From Malacoraja senta (Eukaryota), in contig CM075992.1 in NCBI GenBank assembly GCA_038087875.1, positions 8,868,001 through 8,932,000 on the forward strand: 64,000 nt of DNA. The letters run 5' to 3'. Every line of letters starts with the position of its first letter. Positions within the stretch are counted from its first letter, which is position 1. Of this stretch, positions 12,701 to 24,539 are shown piece by piece. The translations under genes were made by a program, and so were the position numbers. The notes beneath the pieces were generated by a model. The model was not told the DNA's origin and did not search any database. It saw only the letters and a list, made by a program, of their open reading frames with translations.

Positions 12701-15537
12701 GTTCTCTATTCTATTATGTTTAAGGACTACTACATTTGGGTTTTTTAAAACACCTTTATTTGTTTTCCCTGGATGCTTTACCGAACAAAGATCTGTCGAT
12801 ATGGTTTTGAAGATACCAATTGGCCCAACTTTAATTTTTGCACCAATTGTTAGATTTGTTTTTGTGACATGACTGGGTATCGTGGGAAAGAGAACACTCC
12901 ATACCAGTCTGGTTTAAATCCAGTTTTTTCAAATCCCTGTTGTCAGACTTCTGATGTGAACAGAAAAATCCAGTTATTTGGGGAATGAATAAGAATTATG
13001 GATTTTGCAGTACACCTCAATTGGAGGCTACAAATTACCTCTTGACATTATGTGCAGAAAATTCTGGTTCTGTTGAGAAAGTTGGTGTTCGATGTGACTT
13101 GTCTTTTCCGGGCAGTTAGTCAACTGTTTGGTTGCTGGCTGAATGGTTTGTATCTTTTCTTTGAAGATATAAACTCTGGTCAAATGATTCTTCCTGATGG
13201 TTATGTAACAGATTGCACCTGAACTGGTGATGATGAACTCAATCTCCGGAATTTCAGGTTCAATTGCTCTTTAGGTTGATCCTTTAAACACTCGGCTAAA
13301 TTTCAGATTGTCAGAATATAATCCTCTTCATCTAGGGTTGACATATCTTTAAGGTGGTGTCCACATGCAAAGCCCAGTTTACTAAGACCATCTACTTTGG
13401 CCCAGAAACAATAATTTCTTCAGCAGCAAACTAGAAAAATAACCAAATTCAAAACTGAGAAATAAAAGATCGGATCAATGTAATACGAGTATTGTAAGCA
13501 GTCAATTCCTTGTAACTTTCTTTGCTTTACAGCTTCAAAAGTCGTCCTGTGCTCCGGTGGGAGTGTTGACATTATGTAAACCAAGTGATGTGATTTGTCA
13601 TTGTGTGCTGCTGATGTGTGCTCACCAGAGCAGTAATGTCGTTATCCAGATTGTTGAAAAATTCACTTAATGAATAGACCTGAGAATATTTAACCTCTCT
13701 CTTTAAAAGCATTCCTTAATACAATTTAATTTAATGTTTATGGTCCCATTGGACTGGTGTCCAAATATCCATTTGTTGAGTAGACCAAGGTAAAGTTAAG
13801 GATTTATCTAGTTACATACTGATATTGCATGTGTTCTGCATAATGTTGGTTTATCTGGCAGCTATTAACATTCTTTGGTATAATGTATTATAGCTGGGGT
13901 GATTAATTTTGTGACACTGGTATGATTGCACCCTGGTTAGAGTCCTATGTTCAAATGTAATCATTTGAGAAACACAGATTTAATGATCTCTGGGGCATTA
14001 AAAACCTGTGGACACAGTATGCAGTGTGGGACCAGCATTTTGCACGATATACAAGTGTGTGATACTCACCTAATCTTTCTCAGCACCTGACACCACACAC
14101 TAATATAACAAATTAATAAACTATAATGTTACCTTTTATGTGTTACAATATTTTCTCCTGGATAGCATTAAAAGACAATTAATGTCAATAACTAGCTGAA
14201 AATGACCAGATTTATCTTTCTGCGATCATTTATAACATGGATTTGTTGACTCATTAATGGATTTAACAAAATTCTTAAACATCCAGCCATATAAAATAGA
14301 ATATACTTGGCACAGGTTTTAAATCATTTCTCATTGGATTTGTGTTTCACAAAATTTAAATTGACACATTTTCCTTTTTAATTGTTGTGCAGCTTGTATT
14401 CTGAGCCCAGTGATTGTTCGGTAACCAGAGTGATCATATCAGATATTGATAATATTGATAATATCGCTAATCTAAATCAATTGCTTTCTGGGTATTCTTC
14501 CTGTTTCATGTACAGGTTTGAACATCTCGCTGCCTTGCAAAATATTTTGTGCCAAACTTTTTGAAATCACCTCCTGGAAGAAAATGTTGATAAAAAAAAA
14601 GAGTAAATCCTTTGAAACATTGTGATTAAAAAATATATTATGTAGCAAAATTAAAACTCAAATACATGCAAGTATTGATATTAGCATTTAGTGAGCAGTT
14701 AGTTTGATTGTTCATTGGAGTAACCATGTTCAACATTTGTAAGGTTTTTCTTTACAGGTTCCCCGTTGTAGAAAGTGAACACGAGATAGAACCATCATTT
14801 GTCAGTTTGCAGACTAACCCTTGACTTTGAAGCATGCATATCCTCAATTTTAAGTTAGAATTTTAAATTTGGTAGTCAGTCAGAAATTGTGCCAAGCTAT
14901 AACAACATGTATATCAAATGAGTAACAAAACGCAGAAAAGACATGTGATTGCTTTTGGAAATAATTTATTGAATAGAACTTTGTATTCCCCAGCCCTGCC
15001 CTGGTGGTTATTCACTGTTTAACCCCCTTGTTATACAAACATGAGGCTTGGATTAAGCTGTGTAGTTAAACGGGGATTGGTTCTACGTCATCTAGTCAAA
15101 GCATTGCTTATTTAAAAAGCCAGTGCCACAGATTTTTAACATTTACACAAGTCTTCACGTTGCAGCAAGAAATCCAATTTATAATCTATCTTTTGTTGCA
15201 GGAAAAAATGTTGCGAAAATGTTGATGGTATTGCAAATGTACATGTCTGGCTAATTTGCCATTGCACAATTTAAAGAGCTGTTGCTGGTCTTTAAAATGG
15301 TAACACCTGCACTGTCACTTTTGCCTTATAGGAGAGTGTAAAGAATGGCCTACCTCCGCTCACAGTAGCTTGTATACTGTATGTTAGAAGTGCGTTGAGA
15401 CGTTGTCGTGGGAGATGCATTCTGTTGTGGAATGAGATCTAAGTTCAGGACCCGTGTTTAATTACATAATGGGCAGCATTGACATTGCAGCTCCAAGCGC
15501 TCGTGTAATGGTTGCAGTCTTCTGTCCCTTACACCAG

Positions 15538-15615
15538 GTGGGAAAGCGGCGAGGTGGGGCAAAGTTAGCCCTCAAGACGGGAATGGTAGCCAAGAAACAC
15601 AAGGCCGATGAGGAG
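15538..15615 (+). CDS. TRIR: TRIR coding exon 2
   Basis: Acceptor acaccag| and donor GAG|GTAAGA. 78 nt: VGKRRGGAKLALKTGMVAKKHKADEE. Confidence 0.95.
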
Positions 15616-16830
15616 GTAAGAATCGCAAGCTTTTCGGTTGTGATTTCCACAATCTGACTTGCAAAATTGTTTTTTACCTCGCAGTACAGGAGATAAATAA
15701 TTACGCTTGTGTGCCTGTGCCAGTTTTTGATTGAGCTTGCAAACTTATTCCACTTCCCAGCACTTTCCCACTGGGCCTGCTTTAAGATTTTCAATTCTTG
15801 ACCAATGTTCTTCTGAAATCCTTCCAGCTCTACATGCGGAAGAGTCCAGATGACAGTAATTTTGTTTATATATTTTTTTAAAGGTGCTTCATATCACCTC
15901 TGGTGACATAGTAAGGTAATCGGTAGTACGGTGGTTTAAAAGGGAAATGTGAACTCTCTTTTAACTGACAGGCTGGTGCTCTGATTCACACTGCCTGAAA
16001 GGCTGGCACAGGGGACAACTCAAATGTATTTATGAAGTACTTTAAGCTGCACCTGAAATGTCCCTACATATGCAGCAATGAAACCAGGTGCTGGGCAGTG
16101 GGATTAAACTGGAGAATTATTTCATCTTAAGGACAAAATGGTCTGAATGGCATCATTTTGCCACAAGATGGTTCTTTTGCCAATTGCTCTAAACCTTTGC
16201 CCTCTGATTATTACTCTTTTGCCACTGGAAACATTTCTCTTTATTTACCGTCAAAACCGTTTATAATGTTGTCTACCTCTTTCAAATCCTCATGATCTGT
16301 GCCCTGGTGTAAATCTTTCCTTCCTGTTACCATTCTTATAAATCTCTTGATAATCTATCTAGAAAGTCTAACCTGCTTAATTTGTAATCTACATTTTCTT
16401 TCTTTTATCAATATATTGAAAAGTAAATTTTAAATATTGATAGATTCACAATATTTTTGAATGAATACAGCCTTAGATATTGGTCCTTGTTTTAAACCGA
16501 GCTTGAATCAGTCCTGGCAAGGGAGAGGGCCATCAAATAACATGTGTTCTTTTGTCAAAATAACTTGATCTTCCCAAAGGAAGCACATGAATGTTTTCCT
16601 GCATGAGGTATTAAGGGACTGTCGTGTAAAACTGTAATGGGTCAGTGCCTCTAAAAAAGAAGTAAAAACAAAAGCTAGTGATTTTCTGTGAATGCTGCAA
16701 CAGGATTTGCATCTGAGCCTTTGTGTATAATGTTCAGAGGTTTTCCTGCACTTGCCTCAATGCTGTTTGCTATCTCCAGCATGTTGAACACCTATGTTTA
16801 GTCTACCCGTTTCTCTCCCCCTCTCCCCAG

Positions 16831-16938
16831 GCAGAGGCACGAGGAGGAGATGCTTGGGCCAAATACATGGCAGAGGTGAAGAAATACAAAGCACATCAGT
16901 GCAGCGATGATGACAAAACCAGACCGCTTGTTAAATAG
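16831..16938 (+). CDS. TRIR: TRIR coding exon 3 (terminal)
   Basis: Polypyrimidine acceptor ctctccccag|. Reads AEARGGDAWAKYMAEVKKYKAHQCSDDDKTRPLVK-TAG, the highly conserved TRIR C-terminus. Total protein 160 aa. Confidence 0.96.
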   Translation, partial: AEARGGDAWAKYMAEVKKYKAHQCSDDDKTRPLVK

Positions 16939-17002
16939 CCTCAGTTGCAAGCCCATGCAAACAACTTGTTAAATAGCCTCAGTTGCAAGCCCATGCAAAC
17001 AA
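16927..17002 (+). repeat. Perfect 2 x 38-bp tandem duplication spanning the TRIR stop codon
   Basis: cttgttaaatagcctcagttgcaagcccatgcaaacaa at 16927-16964 and again at 16965-17002. Confidence 0.95.
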
Positions 17003-17883
17003 GAACTGTATTATATTTTACACCGTTAAGATCAAGTCCTCAACCCATTGCCCTGACTGCACAGAGATTTTTTGATGGCCTGAAATGTATTTATTTGAAT
17101 TTGTGGTATGAAACCGACACCTGCAAAACATCCAATGCATTGTTTAAGTTCCAGCATTGAGATCCTGTCCATTTTCAAAGTGATTATTAATGTACAGTTT
17201 CCCTCTCATTCCTATCCCAAATATTGTTTTCACCGTAGAACATAGTTTTCGGACTCTTTTAATCTTTATTTTTTATAATATGCACAATATAGCTCCAATT
17301 GTCAGTAAACTGTAAACTCCATGCATATTTGCTCTTTTGTGCCTCCAGTTATTAGCTACAGTACGGTGGCCAATTTTTTGAACAATGTACATAATCTTGT
17401 ATACTCTGCAGCCTCCCGCTGGCAAGTGGATTTGCCAGGTTGCCATTGAACACATCCTGGGACCGGCCAGTTTTGGAATTGGCTGGTCCGATGCTTCCTG
17501 CCTTGCTCTGAGGAGCCCAGTGCCAAGTGGTGCTGTCAGCGCCCTCTGCTATCTCCATGAAGCTCCAGGGGTAAGAGGCAGCGAGGCTCGTTCCTTGTAG
17601 TCTGTTGTTTACACCACTAGGAGGCCTGGTGGTTCCACTCTGGGGATGTGGTATATCCAGGGGACAGAATAGGACTGGCCACTGTCCCCTGACGGCACTT
17701 TCCAGTGGATCAATCTGGGGTTCATGAATGGACGTCCCAGTGTAGTTAAGGCGGACCGAGCAGTTGTGAACAGGGATTGGAGTGGGGTTAGCAAAGGTTT
17801 CTCAAGTCCACAAACTAACCTCAGATGTATTTAGCAGAACATTTTCACACCACTGTGAATATAATTTTCACCCAGCTAGCTTT

Positions 17884-18083
17884 NNNNNNNNNNNNNNNNN
17901 NNNNNNNNNNNNNNNNNNNNNNNNNNNNNNNNNNNNNNNNNNNNNNNNNNNNNNNNNNNNNNNNNNNNNNNNNNNNNNNNNNNNNNNNNNNNNNNNNNNN
18001 NNNNNNNNNNNNNNNNNNNNNNNNNNNNNNNNNNNNNNNNNNNNNNNNNNNNNNNNNNNNNNNNNNNNNNNNNNNNNNNNNNN
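17884..18083. other. Assembly gap (200 N)
   Basis: Run of exactly 200 N, probably a fixed-size scaffolding gap. Confidence 0.99.
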
Positions 18084-18795
18084 CCTCTATTTTGCATGTG
18101 GCCTCACACTGACAGTGGAGGAGGCCTAGGACAGGAAGGTCAGTGTGGGAATGGGTGGGGCAATGAAAGCGCTGACGAGTCATCGTCTGTTGATCTGAGC
18201 AAGACCATTTGTTCCCAGGCTTTTCTCCCTGGCTGATCACCAACTCGCAATCCATGCTGGATTTATTCTCTATTTGGACCCAACTGAAGAGGCATCTAAA
18301 TCCCAGCCACCTCGGTGAGCCTGGATTCGATATAAATGGTCATTTGGATCGGCTGCAAATGCATTTCATGTGCTCATGATCGCAAGGGGGAGCAACACAC
18401 ACGACGGTTTGATCTTGGAGACACGGAACTGCATGTGCGGGAACCTTGAGAAAAACACAAAGTGCTGGAGGAACTTGGGCGGGAACATGGAGAGGAAAGA
18501 TTTAGAGGGATATGGACCAAATGTGGGGAAATGGGACCACACCCTGAACTTTTGTTTCCATCCGTTATGTACTATGTTTACATATTGTGTTGTGCTGCAG
18601 TGAGTAAGAATTTCATTGTCCTATCTGGGACACATGACAATAAAACACTCTTGACTCTCTCTCTTGACTCTATTCTGGTAAACCCTCCTCTAATCCTTTC
18701 CATATTCACTATCCTTCCTGTAATGGGGTGACCAGAACGGCATGCAATACTCCAAATACGGCCGAAACAGTCCTATACAGCTGCATCATGACTTA

Positions 18796-18996
18796 AGGGC
18801 CTGTCCCACTTGGGTGTCATTTGCGCGTAATTTACGCAACACCATTTACGCGTCACGACGCACAACGCGCGCATGGTGCGTGGTGACGTAGGCAGTGACG
18901 CAGGGTCGCGCGGGGTGCCCCCGGATTTTGAGACGTACAAAATCTTCGCGCGCCATCTGCGTGACGCGCAAATAACGCCCAAGTGGGGCAGACTCT
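18796..18996. mobile_element. PIF/Harbinger-type MITE (CpG-rich subfamily, degenerate right TIR)
   Basis: tta-agggcctgtcccacttgggtgtcatttgcgcgt.../...acgcgcaaataacgcccaagtggggcagactct. Confidence 0.7.
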
Positions 18997-19789
18997 TGTC
19001 TCCATGCCTCTCCCAATGAAGCAAACCATACGCATCCTTTACCATTCTAGGTACTTGTGTTTGCAACTTTGTGGACTTGCACCCCAAGATCCTTTTTGTG
19101 CATTATTGAACAAGGACTGGTTACTTTCATAATTCATATCAACATGTGACCTATCACTCAGTTCAAAAGGGCTTAAATGAGCTTGTTCTGTGTACTAAGG
19201 AAATATAGAAGCAAGCTTTGACGAGTTGCTGGGATGCATTGTATGGATGGTACACACTGTGGCAACTGCGTAATGGAATGGCAGGAGGGAAAACCATAGA
19301 TGTTGTTTATATGGACTTCAGGAAAGCATTTGATAAGGTTCCAAATGGTAGGCTACTTTGGAAGGTTAAACCACATGAGACCTAGCCAACTGAATAGGCA
19401 ATTGGCCTCTTGGAAGGAAGCAGAGGGTGATGGTGGAAGATTTATTTTTGGACTAGAGGCCTGTGCCAAGTGATGTGTTTCAGGAATCAGTGTTAGGCCC
19501 ATTGTTGTTTGTGGTTTGTCTCAACGATTTAGATGAGAATGTGCAAGGCATTATTAGTAAGTTTGCAGATGGCACTAAAGTGATTTATGTTGAAACAAGG
19601 AACTGCAAATGCAGAAGAAGGGTCCCGACCCAAAACGTTTCCTACCCGTGTTCTCCAGGGATGCTGCCTGACCCGCTGAGTTACTCCACAACTTTGTGTC
19701 TTAGCTGTATGACTTAGTTAGTTTAGACATACAGCATGGGAACAGCCCCTTCGGCCAATTAACCCAGTTAAGTCCTTCAGGACTCAATA

Positions 19790-20290
19790 GACATTAGACA
19801 ATAGACAATAGGTGCAGGAGTAGGCCATTCGGTCCTTCAAGCCAGCACCACCATTCAATGTGATTATGGCTGATCATCCCCAATCAGTACCCCGTTCCTG
19901 CCTTCTCCCCATATCCCCTGACTCCGCTATCTTTAAGAGCCCTATCTAGCTCCCTCTTGAAAGTATCCAGAGAACCGGCCTCTACCTCCCTCCGAGGCAG
20001 AGAATTCCACAGACACACAACTCTCTGTGAGAAAAAGTGTTTCCTTGTGTCCATTCTAAATGGCTTATCCCTTATTCTTAAACTGTGGCCCCTGGTTCTG
20101 GACTCCCCCAACATCGGGAACATGTTTCCTGCCTCTAGCGTGTCCAAACCCTTAATAATCTTACATGTTTCAATAAGATACCCTCTCATCCTTCTAAACT
20201 CCAGAGTGTACAAGCCCAGCCTCTCCATTCTCTCAGCATATGACAGTCCCGCCATCCTGGGAATTAACCTTGTAAACCTACGCTGCACTC
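19790..20290 (-). mobile_element. CR1/HER1-type LINE 3' fragment (near-identical relatives at 22175-22490, 36880-37195, 45000-45415, and on + at 63680-64000)
   Basis: VQRRFTRLIP.MAGLSYAERMERLGLYTLEFRRMRG...RTRGHSLRIR...WNSLP. Tail (acaataga)n on the + strand. Many older CR1 pieces occur elsewhere, e.g. 6840-7175, 10345-10975, 19290-19580 and 55490-55845. Confidence 0.9.
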
Positions 20291-22130
20291 CCATCCTTAA
20301 CATTGGTGCCACCGATCAGCAGGGGAGTTGGGTTGTAGAGATCACGCACCAACATCACAAATCCAGCTATCATCCGAAACAAACCAGCTTTATCCAGAGT
20401 TTCCAGCAGTTGTATAAATGGAAGACATTTTCTGAAAGTTAAATATTATGTTCTTGAACCTGAAAGCCCAACGTCTTGCAACAAGTCTTTACAGTGTTAC
20501 TCATGCTCAAAATAGTTATGTGATTGAGTTGAAACAAGCACACCCATATAATTGTCTGTACACCACGGTGTGTATTAACAGTGCTAGTCACACTTCAACC
20601 ATAAGTTTAGAGTTAGGCATGGAAACAGGCCCTTCGGTCCACTGAGTCCATGCCGACCATCTATCACCCGTCCGCACTAGTTCTACGCTACCCCCACTTT
20701 CTCATCCACTCCTTGCACACTTAGAGGGCTAGTTAAGCTACAAACCCGCACGTCTTTTGGATGGGGGAGGAAACCGGAGCACCCGGAGGAAACCCAGGCT
20801 GTCACAGGGAGAGCGATCAAACTCTACACCGTCAGGGAGTTTGAACGTACTCCCTGTGACAGCGTGGGTTTTTCTCCAGGTGCTCCGGTTTCCTCCCACA
20901 ATCCCAAGGACGTACAGGTTTGTAGGGTAATTGGCTTCGTTAAAAATCTAAATTGTCCCCATTGTGTAGGATAGCGCTCGTGTATGGGATCGCTGGTCGG
21001 CGCAGACTTGGTGGGCCGAAGGGCCTGTTTCCCCGATGTATCTCACAAGTAAGCTTTATAAGTCAGGATCGAAGCCGGGTCTCTGACGCTGTGAGGCAGT
21101 GGTTCTACCAGCTGCGCCACTGTGAACACCCTGCCACTGACTGTGTGGGGTTGGATAGGTCTGAGGAGGACTATGCTGGCGTCTGGAATAGTTGGATGTC
21201 TGGGACACTTCATTCCTTGACCAGGTTGTACGTCACACTCACACGTTATTCTTCCATGGGCCTTCAAGGAACAGCAGGGTCAGCTTGTGTCGTGCAGGTG
21301 AATGGGGCTAGGAGGGAAAGATAGATCAGCCATGATTGAATGGCGGAGTAGACCCGATGGGCCGAATGGCCTAATACTACTCCTAGAACTTATGAACACC
21401 AATTTTGAGATCTTTGGCCTAATCCTCATGGCTCTTCCTAGTAGTGTGGTAACTAAGGGCATGTGGAAGGTGTAAGAAAGAAATGGTATAAGTCGAAGGT
21501 AGACACAAAATGCTGGAGTAACTCAGCGGGTGAAGCAGCATCTCTGGAGAAAAGGAATGGGTGACGTTTCGGATCGAGACCCTAGAAGTGTCTTGACCCG
21601 AAACGTCGCCCATTCCTTCTCTCCAGAGATGCTGCCTCACCCGCTGAGTTACTCCACCATTCTGTGTCTACCTAAGGGCGTGTAGACACATACAGTCGGG
21701 TAGACACTACTGTCGGGTTCCTTCCGCTCAGAGATAGTCACCATTACCGGCAGTAGGCTTTTCAATTCCACGTTTGCTCAATGGACTGCATGTTAATTCC
21801 CACCCTGAGGTGGTGATGAAATTTGAACTGACATCCACCGAACTGGAGGATTATCGGCCCGACAATGACTCTGCTGCTGCATTGTTTTTACTGTAATATC
21901 TTTGTGCTGAGTTGCCGTGGCAGTGACCGCCAGCTTCCCTCTGGGCTGGAACAGGCTGTAACTTTGCAAAGGACATTGCGCAGTGAGGATGTTGCACCAA
22001 CGTTCACACTTTCACATAAAGAGCTCTTGCTCAAACGTCTGTGCTTTCATGTTCCAGGCCAGCCACACTTTGACACTGCTGGTGAAGGGAGTTTTAGGGA
22101 CACCTTCGCTCAGTCCGCCTTGGCCTTTGC

Positions 22131-22834
22131 CAGGGGTCGGCAACCTACGGCCCCAGGGCATTTTTATCCCCGTAATAGACAATAGACAATAGGTGCAGGA
22201 GCAGGCCATTCGGCCCTTCGAGCCAGCACCGCCATTCAATGTGATCATGGCTGATCATCCCCAATCAGTACCCCGTTCCTGCCTTCTCCCCATATCCCAT
22301 GACTCCGCTATTTTTAAGAACCCTATCTAGCTCTCACTTGAAAGCATCCAGAGAACCTGCCTCCACCACCCTCTGAGGCAGAGAATACCACAGCCTCACA
22401 ACTCTCTGTGAGAAAAAGTGTTTCCTCGTCTCCGTTCTAAACGGCTTACTCCTTATTGTTAAACTGTGGCCTCTGGTTCTGGACTCCCCCAAATCATCCA
22501 GCCCGTCGAGCTCTGGCTGTACCGCATCCTGCGCAAAGCCGCCAGCACGACCGCACACCTTCTGTGAACACGTTTAAGAAAGAACTGCAGATGCTGGAAA
22601 AATAGAAGGTAGACAAAAATGCTGGAGAAACTCAGCAGGTTAGACATGCAAGGATTGCACGAGGCTGTCTCACCCGCTGAGTTTCTCCAGCATTTTTGTC
22701 TACCTTCTGTGAACACGTGATTTGATGCCTGCCATCCGAGGCGGGATCCATGTGTACACGTGATAGATGTGGCCCGCCATCCGCTCACAGACATGTGTCC
22801 CGGCCCCCATGCAGAACAAGGTTGCCCACCCCTG
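22131..22834. mobile_element. hAT (Charlie-like) MITE with nested CR1 3' end and Penelope pseudo-LTR
   Basis: 15-bp TIRs CAGGGGTCGGCAACC / GGTTGCCCACCCCTG (1 mismatch). Nested CR1 at about 22175-22490. Nested pseudo-LTR with 17-bp TSD accttctgtgaacacgt (22557-22573, 22702-22718). Confidence 0.7.
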
Positions 22835-23188
22835 GCCTACACGATCTCCCGGTTGCCAAACATTTTGTCTGAACCTGAAACAGCACCCATTCCTGCTCAC
22901 CAGAGATGCTGCCTGTCCCGCTGAGTTACTCCAGCTTATTGTGTCTATCTTCGGTTTAAACCAGCATCTGCAGTTCCTTCCTACACACTTTAACTCCCCC
23001 TCCCATTCCCATACGAACCTTTCCGTCCTGGGCCTCCTCCACTGTCAGAGTGAGGCCCAATGCAAATTGGAGGATCAGCCCCTCATATTCCACTTGGCAG
23101 CTTACAACCCAGCGGTATGAATATTCCCCGATCTACGCATTACATATGGCTTCTTTACCAGCCTTGTGCTGCTACTTTCAGGGAGTTA

Positions 23189-23507
23189 AAGCCCTGTCCC
23201 ACTGTACGAGTTCATCCAAGAGCTCTCCCGAGTTTAAAAAAAATCAAACTCATGGTAAGCACGGAGAATGAACGTAGCGGGTACGTCGGAGCTCGGGGAC
23301 GTCTCTTAGCGCTAATGGCAGGTACTCGGGAAGACTAGCTAACGGCAGGTAAGCACGGGAAGACTCGTGAAGATTTTTCAACATGATGAAAAATGTCCAC
23401 GAGAGCCCCGAGTACCGACGAGTGGCCATTACCGTAAATCTCCGAGCTCGAATCAGGGCAAACTCGGGAGAACTCTTGGAATGAACTCGTACCGTGGGAC
23501 AGGGGTT
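23189..23507. mobile_element. PIF/Harbinger-type MITE
   Basis: aagccctgtcccactgtacgagttc.../...gaactcgtaccgtgggacaggggtt, with TTA TSD. Confidence 0.85.
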
Positions 23508-24269
23508 TTACGGACTTTGTGATCTGATGTCTGCAACCCTCCCCCTTCCAATTGTGTAGTCTGCGAGTTGCATTTCACAGCTGCCCTCAAGCAGATATAA
23601 TGTCAGCTCTCGAGCACTGGATAGAGAAATTAATTCAAGCTCACTGCCAGTTAAGTAGAATCACTCCTAGCAACTTTTCATTTCTGCTATTTTAATTGGA
23701 ACCACTAGCCTCTTCACTACAAATGAATTAAACACCCTGAACAAGGAAAGAGTATGGAATTTTATCCCAGCTCGTTGAGTCTTCTCATAATTATACTCAA
23801 GGATAAGCTTCAAGCTTGCTCAGCGGTACAGTTGCTGCCTCACGGCGCCAGAGACCCGTGTTCGATCCTGACTACGGCTGTTGTCTGTACAGAGTTTGTA
23901 CGTTCTCCCAATAACCGCGTGGGTTTTCTCCGGGTGCCCCGGTTTCCTCCCACACTCCAAAGACGCACAAGTTTGCAGGCTAATTAGCTTCTGTAAATCG
24001 CTCTGGTGTGTTGGATAGAACTAGTCTATTGGTGAACGTTAGTCGGCGTGACCTCAGAGGGCTGAAGGGCCTGTTTCCGCACTGTACCTCCATACTAAAA
24101 CTAAACTGCAGATGCTGGAATCTTGGGCAAAAACACAAAGTGCTGGAGTAATTCAGCAGAGCAGGCAGCATCTTGGAGGACATGGATAGGTGACATTTTG
24201 GGTTGGGATCTTTCTCCCAAGTGCTTTTCAGTCAAGTCATCAAGGACATTGTTTTAAAGAAAGTTGAAT

Positions 24270-24539
24270 GAAATTTTAACACCATCTTTTATTCACAATC
24301 ATTAAAAATCTATAAAAGGAGCTCAGGGAAAGGATGTATTATAATTCATAGGGTTCTGGCAGTGAGCTAAGAGGAGACTGGTGTAGCAGGCCACTGAGAA
24401 CATCTTCCAAGATGGCCACGAGACTCTCCATGGAAAGCAACACATTTTTCCTGCCATCGCAAGTCCAAGCCCTGCTTCGTGAGGTGATGTTCTCCCAGGC
24501 TTGCTTAGAAAACCATAACACGGTGTCAAGTTTCCCGAG
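24270..24539 (-). other. KRI1: Probable non-coding terminal (3' UTR) exon of KRI1 with poly(A) signal
   Basis: Strong acceptor ttttcttttctccactatag| at 24540 and unique non-repeat sequence. AATAAA at 24293-24288. Matching donor AAA|GTAAGC at 28579, 34 nt after the KRI1 stop. The 3' end is approximate. Confidence 0.6.

Noticed and set aside
12480..13620. Several TGATGA/CTGA motifs in TRIR intron 1 as possible C/D snoRNAs
   Set aside because: No convincing terminal stem or recognisable rRNA antisense element. Such motifs are expected by chance in T-rich sequence; snoscan or Infernal would be needed.
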